Notes under the pieces: generated by a model
What the model saw: the letters and a program-made list of their open reading frames with translations, nothing else
What the model was told of the DNA's origin: nothing
Databases searched by the model: none
Program-made: the position numbers and the translations under genes
NCBI GenBank assembly: GCA_046583195.1
Contig: JAYGCV010000021.1
Location: forward strand, 11,660 to 75,659
DNA length: 64,000 nt
Source of the DNA: Myxococcota bacterium
GTDB lineage: Bacteria; Myxococcota_A; UBA9160; UBA4427
Reading direction: 5' to 3'
In this document: positions 1 through 9,443 of the stretch, piece after piece
Layout: each line of letters begins with the position of its first letter
Position numbering within the stretch: position 1 is the stretch's first letter

Positions 1-1982
1 TGCAGCAGCGCTTCGGCTCCGCGGTCCTGTCGCAGCGCGCCGTAGACCAGCCGACGCAACGGCGCCTTCGCCACAGGCTGCAGCGCCCGCGCCGCATGGT
101 CGGCTTCTGCCCCGAGCTCGTAGGCACCGAGTAGCGCGTAAAAGGCTCCCATCCGATCGAGCGCTTCGAAACGCCGGGCCGGGTCCGCGTGCCCCCGGTC
201 GCGCAGCCACTGGGGATACGCAGCGGGGAGCAGGCCACGATCGATCAACCAACCCGGAGCCTCGCGCAGCACGGCGTCGATTTCGAAGCCGCGACGCAAA
301 TCGAAGGGCACCCCCTCGCTTGCGTAGAAGCGCGCCACGCGCCCCAGGTTTTCGCGATTGCGCTCGCTGTCGCGCAGGTAGAGCGCGTGCCCGGGGCCGC
401 GAAAAATCGGCAGCCAACCGGGAACCCCCTCGAGGTGCGCGGTGGTGTAGATATGCTCGCCGAGCGCAGGAAAGCCGACGCCAAAGAAGACGTCGACTCC
501 GTAGCGATCGAGGGCCTCGAGTGCCGTCTCGCCCGGATCGACCTCGCGGCGATGGGCGATCCGAAAGTAATCGGCGAGGACTTTGCTCGGGTAGTGCTCG
601 GTGCGCCCATCGACGAAGGTCCGAAGCCGCGGCGCGAGTCGGTACCCGAGCAATCCACCCATCGTGTAGCGGTTGTAAAGGTTGCCTTCGAGTGCAGCCT
701 CCTGCAGAAAGCGAATGCCGGGCTCGTAGGTGCCGTGACGCACCCTCGATTCCGAGAAGTAGCCGGACAGCGAATCGGGGAGTCTCGAAAGGCGCGCGCG
801 GTAACCCGGATCGAAGGCCAGGGCGGCCACCAACAAAAGGGCAACCAGGCCCGCTGCCATCGCGGTCCCGCGCCTGCGAGGCGTGAGGCCTTCTTCGGAC
901 TGCGCCGCAAAGCGCAGGAGGAAGAGCAGCGGGAAAATGCCCATCCACAGGAAGCGCACCGAGACCAGAATGGCCACCGCTGACGCCGCGGCCAATCCCA
1001 GGTAGAGCGGGTCGAGGGTCCGCAGGTCGCAAGCTCGGCGACGCCAGGCAAAGCGAGCCACTCCGAAAATCGCCAGCGTGATCGCGGCGGCGTAGAGCCC
1101 ATCCGTGAGCGCCCAGGCAAGATCTCCGACCGGCGCCCCCCCCGCCAGCGCCGACGGCAGCACGAACGGATTGAAGGGAAACCACTCGTCGGCGATGTCC
1201 CAGATCCCGAACTCAGAAGACGAGGAGAAAAAGGTGAGATGCTGGTCGAAGCCACGCGGGTTGAGGAGCCCCGCCCCGATGATCGCCAACCCGGCCAGCG
1301 CCAAACGCTTTGCGCGCCGCCACTGCAGTGGCGCCCCGGGAAGCCGCGCCCACTTCAGGGCCGCGGCGTGCAGCAAGACGCCGAGCAGCGCCGCTACGAC
1401 CAGCGCCGGTGCCAGGCCGTAGAGGGAGTGGAAGTTGGCCCAGAGAAAAGCCACGAAAGCGGCGGCGGCGACGCGGCGCCAGGAGGGCGGGTCGCGGCCT
1501 TCAAAGAGCAGGAGGGTGAGCCCGAGTGTCGCGAGAATCGAAACCAGGTCGGGCCGCATCTGGACGAGGCGCGGCCAGGCGAGCAGCAGGAAAACCGTCG
1601 CCGCCAGCGCTGTCCACGCGGTCGGTGCCCTCGCACGCCGCAGCACAGCCACCGCAGCCAGCACGATCGCGAGGACCGCGACGCCGTGGAGCACGCGCAC
1701 GCCTCCGAGGCCGGTCCCCACGTCCACGGCGTGCATGGCGACCCCGAAGAGCCACTCGTGCTGGACGGGTGCTTCGGCGTGGGCCGTGTGGAGCATCGGG
1801 TCTGCTTCCGGCCACGGCCCTTCGGACGCGTAGGTTTCCCCCGCGCGCGCGTGGAACCAGAAATCGCTGGTGTCAATCGGGCCCGCCGCCACCCACTCGA
1901 CCATCAGCACCGCCGCGAAGAGCGCCCCCCACGCCACAACGCCGACATCGAGCCCGCCATCGCGGGCGCCGAGTGTTCTCAT
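1..1982 (-). CDS. polytopic membrane protein, GT-C-like glycosyltransferase candidate (3' end outside window)
   Basis: Absent from the ORF track because it has no stop inside the window. Reading the minus strand from ATG 1982..1980 gives MRTLGARDGGLDVGVVAWGALFAAVLMVEWVAAGPIDTSDFWFHARAG... I spot-checked codon by codon at 1982-1861 and 1082-1020 and found no stop; no other minus ORF is listed in this frame. The N-terminal ~400 aa are multi-TM (e.g. FLWANFHSLYGLAPALVVAALLGVLL, FLWMGIFPLLFLL) and the C-terminal part is soluble. An acidic D-x-x-D-F-W-F-H loop follows TM1. Track ORFs 189..983+, 245..1255- and 320..886+ here are Arg/Ser/Pro-rich shadows. Confidence 0.6.
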   Translation of the reverse strand, partial: MRTLGARDGGLDVGVVAWGALFAAVLMVEWVAAGPIDTSDFWFHARAGETYASEGPWPEADPMLHTAHAEAPVQHEWLFGVAMHAVDVGTGLGGVRVLHGVAVLAIVLAAVAVLRRARAPTAWTALAATVFLLLAWPRLVQMRPDLVSILATLGLTLLLFEGRDPPSWRRVAAAAFVAFLWANFHSLYGLAPALVVAALLGVLLHAAALKWARLPGAPLQWRRAKRLALAGLAIIGAGLLNPRGFDQHLTFFSSSSEFGIWDIADEWFPFNPFVLPSALAGGAPVGDLAWALTDGLYAAAITLAIFGVARFAWRRRACDLRTLDPLYLGLAAASAVAILVSVRFLWMGIFPLLFLLRFAAQSEEGLTPRRRGTAMAAGLVALLLVAALAFDPGYRARLSRLPDSLSGYFSESRVRHGTYEPGIRFLQEAALEGNLYNRYTMGGLLGYRLAPRLRTFVDGRTEHYPSKVLADYFRIAHRREVDPGETALEALDRYGVDVFFGVGFPALGEHIYTTAHLEGVPGWLPIFRGPGHALYLRDSERNRENLGRVARFYASEGVPFDLRRGFEIDAVLREAPGWLIDRGLLPAAYPQWLRDRGHADPARRFEALDRMGAFYALLGAYELGAEADHAARALQPVAKAPLRRLVYGALRQDRGAEALL

Positions 1983-2000
1983 GCCGGGGATGGTAGCCTG

Positions 2001-4280
2001 ATGACCGCGCGAGAGTCCCGCTCTGCGCTCGCGCCGGGGGGATCGAATACGAGCGTGCGAAATGCGACTTCGCAAGGGGCGGGCGCTCGGATCGGCGCAC
2101 CGCTCGGGCTGTTCCTGCTCTCGTTCGCAGTGCGGAGCCTCCCTTTCCCGACGGTCCGCGTCGGCGATTCCATCCACTTCCTCGGGATGGACGCCTATTA
2201 CCACATGCGCCGGATCGCCTACGGGCTCGAGCGCTTCCCCGAAACCCTCGTCTTCGACCCGTATATCAACTTCCCGGCCGGAGCCACGGCCATCTGGCCC
2301 CCCCTCTTCGACGTGCTCTGCACCTGGCTGGCCTTCCCCTTCCACGCCGCGGGGGGGATCGCCGCCGCGGAGCAGGCGCTCGTCTGGGTGCCGCCGCTCT
2401 TCGGGGCCGGAACCGTCGTCCTCGCCTATTGCCTCGCGCTGCGCTTCCTCGGCCTTTCGGCCGCGCTCTTTAGCGGCGTCTTCCTGGCGCTCTCCTCGGG
2501 CCACGCCTGGTATTCGCAGGTGGGGTTCCTGGACCACCACGCTGCAGTCGCCTTCGCGACCACAGCGCTGCTCTACGCGGGGATGGCGACTGCCCGCGAT
2601 CTCGCTCTCCCGAGCGCGAGGCTCACGCGGAGTGCCCTCGGCCTCGGGGTCGCCCTCGGCGCGAACCTTCTGCTCTGGCCCGGAAGTCTCCTCCACGTCG
2701 GAATCGTGATCGGCGCTCTCGGGGTGTGGGTGCTGGGCCAGCCCCAACCCGCCGCCGCCGAACGCGGTGCGCGCACGCTGGCCCTCGCCTCGCTGGTGGC
2801 GTTGCTCGTCGTTGCACCGTTCTCCTGGTCGAACGATTGGGCGCGCTGGGGAGCCTTTACGCCGACGGTCCTCTCGCGCTTCCAACCCTGGTTTTTTGCA
2901 GTGCTCGCGGTCGGCTTCGCGATTCTCACGCAATGCGCGAAAACGCGATTCGGTCCGCGCGGGAAACCACGCCCGCTGCCGGGGTTGCTCGTCGCGATCG
3001 GTCTTCTCGGGCTGTCTGCCGTCTGCCTGCCGGGCCTTCGCGAGGGCCTCGCCGATGCCTGGCAGTGGTTGGCGAAGGACGAGGCCTTCCAGGCCAGTGT
3101 GCTCGAATCGCGTCCACTCTTCTCGGTGCGCGGCCAGTGGTCGAGCCGTATTGCAGAAGGTCGGCTCTCCTACCTGATCTACCTGCTGCCGGCGACACTT
3201 CTCTACTTCGCTTACGCGGTCCGGAACCGCGAGGACCGCTCCGCCCTGCGTCTGCTGCTCATCTGGACCCTCGTGCTCGCCGCGGTGACCCTGCTCCAGC
3301 GGCGCTTCTTCAACAGCTTCTCGGTCGCACTCTCGTTGGTGATGGGATGGGGGTTCGCGGTGGCCGTGGGTCGGTCGCTCGGCACTCGGGCCAGCAGTCT
3401 GCGACGCATCGGGATCGCGGCGGCGGTGGGCCTCTCTGCGCTCTACCTGCTTTCGCCCATGGAGGCCTCGTTTCGCCCCTCGCTCGACAACCTGCAGCGC
3501 GCCTTCGCCGGCCGGCCGGTGCTAAAGCGAAGCGCTGGGCCCGACTTCGAAGCGCTCTTCGAAACCGCCGCCTGGATCCGCGAGCACACGCCGAGCACCC
3601 GGGGCTACCGCGACGCGTCGCTGCCTCCCGAGTACGGCCTGATCACGCTCCCCGGCATCGGACACCTCTTTGAGTACCGCGCCGAACGCCCCGTGGTCGC
3701 TGACAACTTTGGGGACGACATCGGCATCGAGAACTACGCACTCGTACGTCGGTACTTCTCGTCGCTCTCCCAGGAGGAGGCCGCCGAGATCGCCTCCGAT
3801 CTGCGCGCGCGCTACGTCGTCGCCACGGCTCCCGCTGCGCGCCAGCGTGGGGGGACCGGCATCCCGCTCCTCGAGCGCCTGGCGCACGGGGACGGCCAGG
3901 GCCTCGGCAGCCATCGCCTCGTCTTCGAGGCCTCGCGCCTCGGTGTGAACGCTCGGACCAACCGCCCTCCGCCCAAGGTCTTCGAGCATGTGCGCGGTGC
4001 CCGGGTCGAAGGCCTCGCGCCTGCCCAGCAGAACGTCAGCGCCCGAATCGACGTCGAAACGAATCGCGGTCGGCGCTTTGTCTACCGACAGAGCGTGCGC
4101 AGTGATGACCAGGGTCGGTACCGGCTGCAACTTCCCTACGCCAGCGAAGCGCGAAATGGCGCCTCGAAAACCGGATCGGCGTGGCGAATCGATTCCGGCG
4201 GTGCCTCGCACCCGCTGTCCATTCTCGAAAGCGCCGTGCGCACAGGGGGCGTTGTGCCGGGGCCCGATTTCGGTTCTTGA
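2001..4280 (+). CDS. STT3/AglB-like oligosaccharyltransferase homologue (GT-C), divergent
   Basis: Frame of track ORF 1239..4280. The first 254 codons are junk antisense to the upstream gene, and protein-like sequence begins at ATG 2001 (alternative GTG 2055). The multi-TM half carries FLGMDAYYHMRR (D codon at 2190) and GFLDHH (2532-2540). These resemble the first-loop D-x-x-Y-H-x-R motif and the D-x-H metal-site motif I recall for archaeal AglB/STT3. The soluble C-terminal ~250 aa includes ...AERPVVADNF... downstream of the expected WWDYG position. Confidence 0.75.
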   Translation: MTARESRSALAPGGSNTSVRNATSQGAGARIGAPLGLFLLSFAVRSLPFPTVRVGDSIHFLGMDAYYHMRRIAYGLERFPETLVFDPYINFPAGATAIWPPLFDVLCTWLAFPFHAAGGIAAAEQALVWVPPLFGAGTVVLAYCLALRFLGLSAALFSGVFLALSSGHAWYSQVGFLDHHAAVAFATTALLYAGMATARDLALPSARLTRSALGLGVALGANLLLWPGSLLHVGIVIGALGVWVLGQPQPAAAERGARTLALASLVALLVVAPFSWSNDWARWGAFTPTVLSRFQPWFFAVLAVGFAILTQCAKTRFGPRGKPRPLPGLLVAIGLLGLSAVCLPGLREGLADAWQWLAKDEAFQASVLESRPLFSVRGQWSSRIAEGRLSYLIYLLPATLLYFAYAVRNREDRSALRLLLIWTLVLAAVTLLQRRFFNSFSVALSLVMGWGFAVAVGRSLGTRASSLRRIGIAAAVGLSALYLLSPMEASFRPSLDNLQRAFAGRPVLKRSAGPDFEALFETAAWIREHTPSTRGYRDASLPPEYGLITLPGIGHLFEYRAERPVVADNFGDDIGIENYALVRRYFSSLSQEEAAEIASDLRARYVVATAPAARQRGGTGIPLLERLAHGDGQGLGSHRLVFEASRLGVNARTNRPPPKVFEHVRGARVEGLAPAQQNVSARIDVETNRGRRFVYRQSVRSDDQGRYRLQLPYASEARNGASKTGSAWRIDSGGASHPLSILESAVRTGGVVPGPDFGS

Positions 4281-4326
4281 AGATTCCTGCTGTACCGTCC
4301 GCTTTCGCAAGGGGGATTTCCCGTCG

Positions 4327-6372
4327 GTGAATGCCACGCGCCCCGATCAGAACGTGACGCGCTTCCTGCGGGCGCTCTGCGCCTCGGCGGCCATCCTGGC
4401 GGCGGGCCTGGTCGTCTGGGCCGTCGCCTTCTCGCCCGACTTTCCAATCCTTCCCCAGAGCGAAGGAGCGGCGTGGATCGCAGCGCCCGATCGGGTCATC
4501 ACCGGGGCCGTAACGACGTCGACCCGAGCGCCTCGGCGCGTGCGCTTCGTGCGCACAGTCGACCTCGAAGCCTCGCAGGTTCCCGGCGGGATCGAAGTGC
4601 ACGCACTGCGAAACTTCCGCCTCTCGATCAACGGCACCCCCGTGGCGCAGCGACTCGGCCCTGCGGGCGACGACCACGGGGCTGATTCCGGCACGGCGGC
4701 CGCGAGTAACTGGAAGCGCGCCACCCGGATCGACTCGCCCCCCTTCGTTCCCGGAAGGAACCGGATCGAAGTCGAGGTCTGGAATCCATCGGGGCCGCCG
4801 CTCCTCCGACTCGGGAGCCTTCGCAACGAGCGCGGCTTCGAGAGCGACGAGCGCTGGCAGGTCACCGAGGGGGCCGCGCCGCTGCGGCCCGTCCGCCTCG
4901 CGGACGACACGCTGCCCGCAGTGGCCACCCTGGCCGCAACGCCCGCCTGGGACGAACTCGCGAATCACCGCGGAATGCTCCTCGCGGCCGCGGCCTTCGG
5001 GGTGGTCGCCGCAGGCGCCCTCGCCCGGCCGGGTCGCAGTCGCAGTCGCGGCGGGTCGCACGGCGAGCGGGGATCAAGCGCTCTCATCGTCGGCCTCGGG
5101 ATCGCCGCTTTCTGGGTCTTTCTCTTCGTGGCACGCTTTCGCGAGCTGCCCCTCTACGCCGGCTTCGATGGCCCCCATCACCTCGAATACATCCGCTTCC
5201 TGGCAACCGAGGGGCGCCTTCCGCTCGCCACCGACGGCCCCGCGATGTACCACCCTCCGCTCTACCACGCACTCGGGGCGCTCCTGCGCTTCTTCTCGGG
5301 CGAGCATCCGGGAACCCCGATCCGACTGCTCTCCTTCGTCTCCGGCGGGGTGCAGATCTTCGTCGCCCACGGACTGGCGCGTCGGCTCTTCCCCGAGGAC
5401 GCGACGCAGAAGACACTCACGATTGCCGTCGCGGGGCTGCTCCCGCTGAACCTCTACATGTCCGCCTACCTGTCGAACGAGCCGCTCCACGCCGCCCTCA
5501 GCGCAGTCGTTTGCTTGATCGCAGTCGACCTCCTGCTGCTTCCGGGCTGGCCCCTGCGGCGCCTGCTTGCCCTGGGTATCGCGCTGGGGTTGGCGCTGCT
5601 GACGAAGGTGACGGCGCTCCTGCTCGGGCCGCTGCTTGGGCTCTTCCTTTTGGCGAAGGCACTTTTCGGGGAGGCCGCCCCCGTCCGCAGCTGGGCCGCT
5701 CGGGGTGGCACGCTGCTCGCACCGGTGCTCGTGATCGCGGCCGGCTTCTACCTGCGAAACTGGATCGAACTCGGTCGGCCCTTCGTGGGCAACTGGGATC
5801 TCCCCGGCGCCACCATCGGCTGGTGGCAATTTCCGGGTTTCCATACGGGCGAGTATTTTTTCAGCTTCGGGGAAGCCCTGCGCCGGCCCTTCTTTGCCGG
5901 CTTCCATTCGCTGGCCGACGGGCTCTACGCAACTCTCTGGAGCGACAGCCTGGTCGGCGGCGTCTCGGCCATCGTCCACCGCCACGCGCAGTGGAATTGG
6001 GGGTGGATGACGGTCCTGCCGGCACTCGCCTTCCCGGCGACCTGCGCAATGGCGCTTGGCACCGCGTCCCTCGCTCGTCGCTGTTTCGCCGAAGTCGCCA
6101 CACCGAGGCGCCTGGCCTTCGGATTTCTGGTAGCGACCGTCGCGACCTACCTCTTCGCCGTCGTCTTCATCAACCTGAGGCTTCCCTTCTACGCCCAGAC
6201 GAAATCGGCCTACCTCCTCGCGGTCGCCGCACCGCTTTCGTTGGCACTCGCCCGTGGCTTCGTCGTAGCCGATCGCAGGCTCGATCAGCCCGGCCTGCGC
6301 TGGATGCGATGGCTGCTGCACGGTTGGGGGGCCGCGTTCGTCGCGGCCATCGTGCTGGCGTTCGCGGGCTAA
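4327..6372 (+). CDS. PMT_2/ArnT-family GT-C glycosyltransferase with N-terminal extracytoplasmic domain
   Basis: Frame of ORF 3988..6372, with real sequence from GTG 4327 (alternative GTG 4354). It has one TM (FLRALCASAAILAAGLVVWAVAF), then a ~250-aa soluble domain, then a multi-TM core. The core contains FDGPHHLEYIRF...MYHPPLYH...LLTKVTALLL, typical of dolichyl/undecaprenyl-phosphate-sugar dependent PMT_2/ArnT-like enzymes. Confidence 0.7.
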   Translation: MNATRPDQNVTRFLRALCASAAILAAGLVVWAVAFSPDFPILPQSEGAAWIAAPDRVITGAVTTSTRAPRRVRFVRTVDLEASQVPGGIEVHALRNFRLSINGTPVAQRLGPAGDDHGADSGTAAASNWKRATRIDSPPFVPGRNRIEVEVWNPSGPPLLRLGSLRNERGFESDERWQVTEGAAPLRPVRLADDTLPAVATLAATPAWDELANHRGMLLAAAAFGVVAAGALARPGRSRSRGGSHGERGSSALIVGLGIAAFWVFLFVARFRELPLYAGFDGPHHLEYIRFLATEGRLPLATDGPAMYHPPLYHALGALLRFFSGEHPGTPIRLLSFVSGGVQIFVAHGLARRLFPEDATQKTLTIAVAGLLPLNLYMSAYLSNEPLHAALSAVVCLIAVDLLLLPGWPLRRLLALGIALGLALLTKVTALLLGPLLGLFLLAKALFGEAAPVRSWAARGGTLLAPVLVIAAGFYLRNWIELGRPFVGNWDLPGATIGWWQFPGFHTGEYFFSFGEALRRPFFAGFHSLADGLYATLWSDSLVGGVSAIVHRHAQWNWGWMTVLPALAFPATCAMALGTASLARRCFAEVATPRRLAFGFLVATVATYLFAVVFINLRLPFYAQTKSAYLLAVAAPLSLALARGFVVADRRLDQPGLRWMRWLLHGWGAAFVAAIVLAFAG

Positions 6373-6375
6373 CGC

Positions 6376-8043
6376 GTGGCCCACCAGCCCGCAGCCAGGC
6401 CCGCCCCCATGCGCTTTCGATTCGCCGTTTTCGCCATACTCGCTCTCGCAGCACTGTTGGCGGGGCGCTCACTCGAAGCGCCCGGCCTGTATTACGACGA
6501 GGCCGTACAGGCGCGACCCGCGCTCGAACTCGCCACGGGCCAGGTTCGCGCGGCCCCCCTTCCCGGGAGCCATTCGGTCTGGGTGGGCGGCACCCGGGTT
6601 CCGCTGATGACACAGCCGTACATGGGAGCCCTCAAATCCCAGGTCCTCGCGCTCCCGCTGGCAATTTCGGGGCCGGACGTCCGCGTGCTGCGCGCCGTCA
6701 CCCTCGCCATCGCACTCTTCGGGATTGCCGGCATCGCCTGCTTTGCGCGGCGGGCCTTTGGCAGCGCAATGGCACTCATCACGACGGGGCTCCTGGCCTC
6801 CGACCCGAGCGTTCTGCTGCTCGCCCGGCACGATTGGGGATCGTTTTCGATCTCGCTGCTGCTGCGGGCGGTAGTGCTCTTCTTCGGCTTCCGCTTCTTT
6901 GAGAGCCGACGGCCGTGGCACCTGCTGCTGGCGGGCTTCGCTCTCGGTCTCGGCTTCTACAACAAGGTCGATTTCGGGATCTTCGTGGTGGCCGTCGTGG
7001 CGGGGCTCCTGCTGGCGTTCCCCCGCGAATGCCTGCGCCTCGTGCGGGAACAGCGCGTCGCAGTCGTGTCGGGGCTGGGCGCAGTCGCGCTGGGAATCGG
7101 CCCGCTCTGGCTCCACCTGCGTGGCGTGCTCTCGAGACCCGGCGCCTTCTCGCACGAGGGCGAAATGGCGGCCAAGTTCGAGACCTTGTGGACCACCTTC
7201 GACGGCTCCCACTTCCATCGCCTGATGCAGAGCGGCGGCCTCTTCGACGACCTCGGCGGCATCGGCGACGCCGCCTCCGGTCCCTTCGTGGTCGTACTGA
7301 TCTTCGCAGCGACCTGGGCGGCCTTCCGCGCCTTCGCCCCGGGTGGCAGCAAAGCCGACCGCGGGACGCTGCGCTTCCTGCTGGTCGCAAACGCCTTCGG
7401 GATTGCCACCTACTTCCTGCTTCCCGGCGGCGAACGCATCCATCACGCGCAGAACCTCGTGCCGCTGCCGCAGCTCCTCGTCGCCGGGGTTCTCGTCCAC
7501 CTGGCCGGAATCGGGTCGGGGGCGCGACGCGGTCGCGTGCCGCGGGCCCTGGCCGCCGCCGGGGTCGCGATCTTCGTGGCGCTGCAAGTGGGCGTCTACG
7601 AGGAAACCCGCCGGGACTTCAGCGCCTCCGGCGGGAAGGGGCGCTGGTCGAACGCGATCGCCGACCTCGCCCGCGACCTCGCGGCCGAGCCTCTCGGAGT
7701 CACCAGCCTCGACTGGGGCTTCCAGGAACCGCTGGCCTTCTATGGCACCGCAGCCTCCCTGGACGAAGCGCACTGGCGCATTCTGGAGCCGCTCCGCCGG
7801 GGCAGAGCCTGGCGACAGCGCGGCGATGCCCAGCAACTCTACCTCCTGCACCTGCCGCCCTTCGATCGCTCGGGTTTCGGAAGCCCCTTCCTCGAAGCGG
7901 CGCGCGCACGGGTGAGCGAAGGCTTCGGCCAGATTCGATTCCATCGAGACGGCGATGGCGAGGTGGCATTTGTCAGCGTGCGCTTCGCCGGCGATCACCT
8001 GATCCACTACGACGGACGCTTTCGAATCGAGCGACTCCGCTAG
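6376..8043 (+). CDS. GT39/ArnT-like GT-C glycosyltransferase
   Basis: GTG 6376, 3 nt after the upstream stop (alternative ATG 6409). Signal-anchor TM followed by GLYYDEAVQ (the D-E loop-1 motif of PMT/ArnT-type GT-C enzymes). Multiple TMs follow (LGFYNKVDFGIFVVAVVAGLLL), then a soluble C-terminal ~130 aa. Confidence 0.7.
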   Translation: MAHQPAARPAPMRFRFAVFAILALAALLAGRSLEAPGLYYDEAVQARPALELATGQVRAAPLPGSHSVWVGGTRVPLMTQPYMGALKSQVLALPLAISGPDVRVLRAVTLAIALFGIAGIACFARRAFGSAMALITTGLLASDPSVLLLARHDWGSFSISLLLRAVVLFFGFRFFESRRPWHLLLAGFALGLGFYNKVDFGIFVVAVVAGLLLAFPRECLRLVREQRVAVVSGLGAVALGIGPLWLHLRGVLSRPGAFSHEGEMAAKFETLWTTFDGSHFHRLMQSGGLFDDLGGIGDAASGPFVVVLIFAATWAAFRAFAPGGSKADRGTLRFLLVANAFGIATYFLLPGGERIHHAQNLVPLPQLLVAGVLVHLAGIGSGARRGRVPRALAAAGVAIFVALQVGVYEETRRDFSASGGKGRWSNAIADLARDLAAEPLGVTSLDWGFQEPLAFYGTAASLDEAHWRILEPLRRGRAWRQRGDAQQLYLLHLPPFDRSGFGSPFLEAARARVSEGFGQIRFHRDGDGEVAFVSVRFAGDHLIHYDGRFRIERLR

Positions 8044-9443
8044 TGGGGCGGGACTGCCTGCGGCACCTCGGGCACATAGCCGAGAGCGCGAAGGCTCTCC
8101 TCGTCGATTCGGTCGAGTTCGACGGCCGCGGCGCTTGGCGTGCGCTGCGCGAGGTGCGCTTCGAGGGCCGCCTTCAACGCGGGATCGGGCAGGGCCGCCA
8201 GCCAACGACCGTCGTCTTCGCGCCGGGAGCCGATCCATCGCAACACCCCTTCCGGGGCCAGCGGGTCGCTGCGTAGGGCGCCGCGCCCAGGGCGCGCCTG
8301 CAAGTAGGTGTCACCTCGATAGGCGGTGATTTCGCGTGCGCTCTCGCTGAAGAGTATGCGTTCGGCAGCGGGCTTTCCGCCTTCGATCCGCGCCACCAGA
8401 GACTCGCCCTGGGCGTCCCCCAGCGGGGGGAGGCCGGCGAGTGCGAGCAACGTGGGAGCCACGTCGATGTGATGGACGCGTTCGGTAAACCGCGCGGGCC
8501 GCACCGTCGGTGCCAACACCAGGAACGGAACGTGCACCTGGTCGGGCGAAGTGCGCTCACCGTGCTGAAAGAAGAAGCCGCTCTCTCCGAGGCTTTCGCC
8601 GTGATCGGCGGTGAGCAGAATCACGCGATCGCGTTCGGCGGCTCCGGTCCCTTCGAAGGCGGCGACGAGCTTCCCGATTTCGGCGTCGGTGTAGGCGACC
8701 TCCTCGGCATAACGGCGTGCGTAGACAGCCGGGCGCCGTTCCGCGTCGACCGCCTGGTAGCGCGGGATGCCAGCGCGCCCGCTGTCCCGTTCGAGAACCG
8801 GAAGCGCGCGAACCACCCGCACCTCGACGGGATCGAGACTCTCGTGGAAAGGCTCGGGGGGCTGGTAGGGACCGTGCGGGTCCTGGTAGTGCACCCACAG
8901 AAAGAAGGGGCGCTCGGCGCGGGCGGCCAACCAGGCCACCGCCCTCGCGGTGGTCTGCGCTGCACTGCGCTCGAGATAACCTCCACGCACGGCCTCGGAT
9001 GCGTCGAGCGCATCGTCATACAGTTCGAAACCCGCATCCAGGCCACTGCGACGCTGCAACACGAAATTGCTGACGAAGGCGGCGGTGTCGTAGCCCGCTT
9101 CGCGAAAGCGCTCGGCGAGGGTCGGGTGCCCCTCGAGGCGGGTCGAGCCGTTGAAGCTTCGGACCGAATGCGCCCGCACCCACCGCGAAACCATGATCGA
9201 AGCGTGCGAGGGAACCGTTCGGCTCGAGGCTGCGATCGCGTTCTCGAAGAGCGCACCCCTCGCAGCCAGTGCATCCATCTGGGGCGTTGAAGGTTGGGGA
9301 AATCCGTACGTGTGGAGGGCATCGGCGCGGAGCGTGTCGACGGTGATGAGAAGCACGTCGGGCGGTTCCGCCGGCGCCCTGTCGCACGCGAAAAACGCCG
9401 CAACCAACATCACGCAGAGGCAAGGCACTGCGCTATTGCGCAT
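8040..9443 (-). CDS. sulfatase-like hydrolase/transferase (alkaline phosphatase superfamily), predicted lipoprotein
   Basis: Frame of ORF 8040..9917, real start ATG 9443. MRNSAVPCLCVMLVAAFFAC is a lipoprotein-like signal. LLITVDTLRAD is a metal-site Asp motif, and ...SSRTVPSHASIM... occupies the nucleophile position. LLTADHGESLGE and HVPFLV match the sulfatase-fold core. Confidence 0.8.
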   Translation of the reverse strand: MRNSAVPCLCVMLVAAFFACDRAPAEPPDVLLITVDTLRADALHTYGFPQPSTPQMDALAARGALFENAIAASSRTVPSHASIMVSRWVRAHSVRSFNGSTRLEGHPTLAERFREAGYDTAAFVSNFVLQRRSGLDAGFELYDDALDASEAVRGGYLERSAAQTTARAVAWLAARAERPFFLWVHYQDPHGPYQPPEPFHESLDPVEVRVVRALPVLERDSGRAGIPRYQAVDAERRPAVYARRYAEEVAYTDAEIGKLVAAFEGTGAAERDRVILLTADHGESLGESGFFFQHGERTSPDQVHVPFLVLAPTVRPARFTERVHHIDVAPTLLALAGLPPLGDAQGESLVARIEGGKPAAERILFSESAREITAYRGDTYLQARPGRGALRSDPLAPEGVLRWIGSRREDDGRWLAALPDPALKAALEAHLAQRTPSAAAVELDRIDEESLRALGYVPEVPQAVPPH

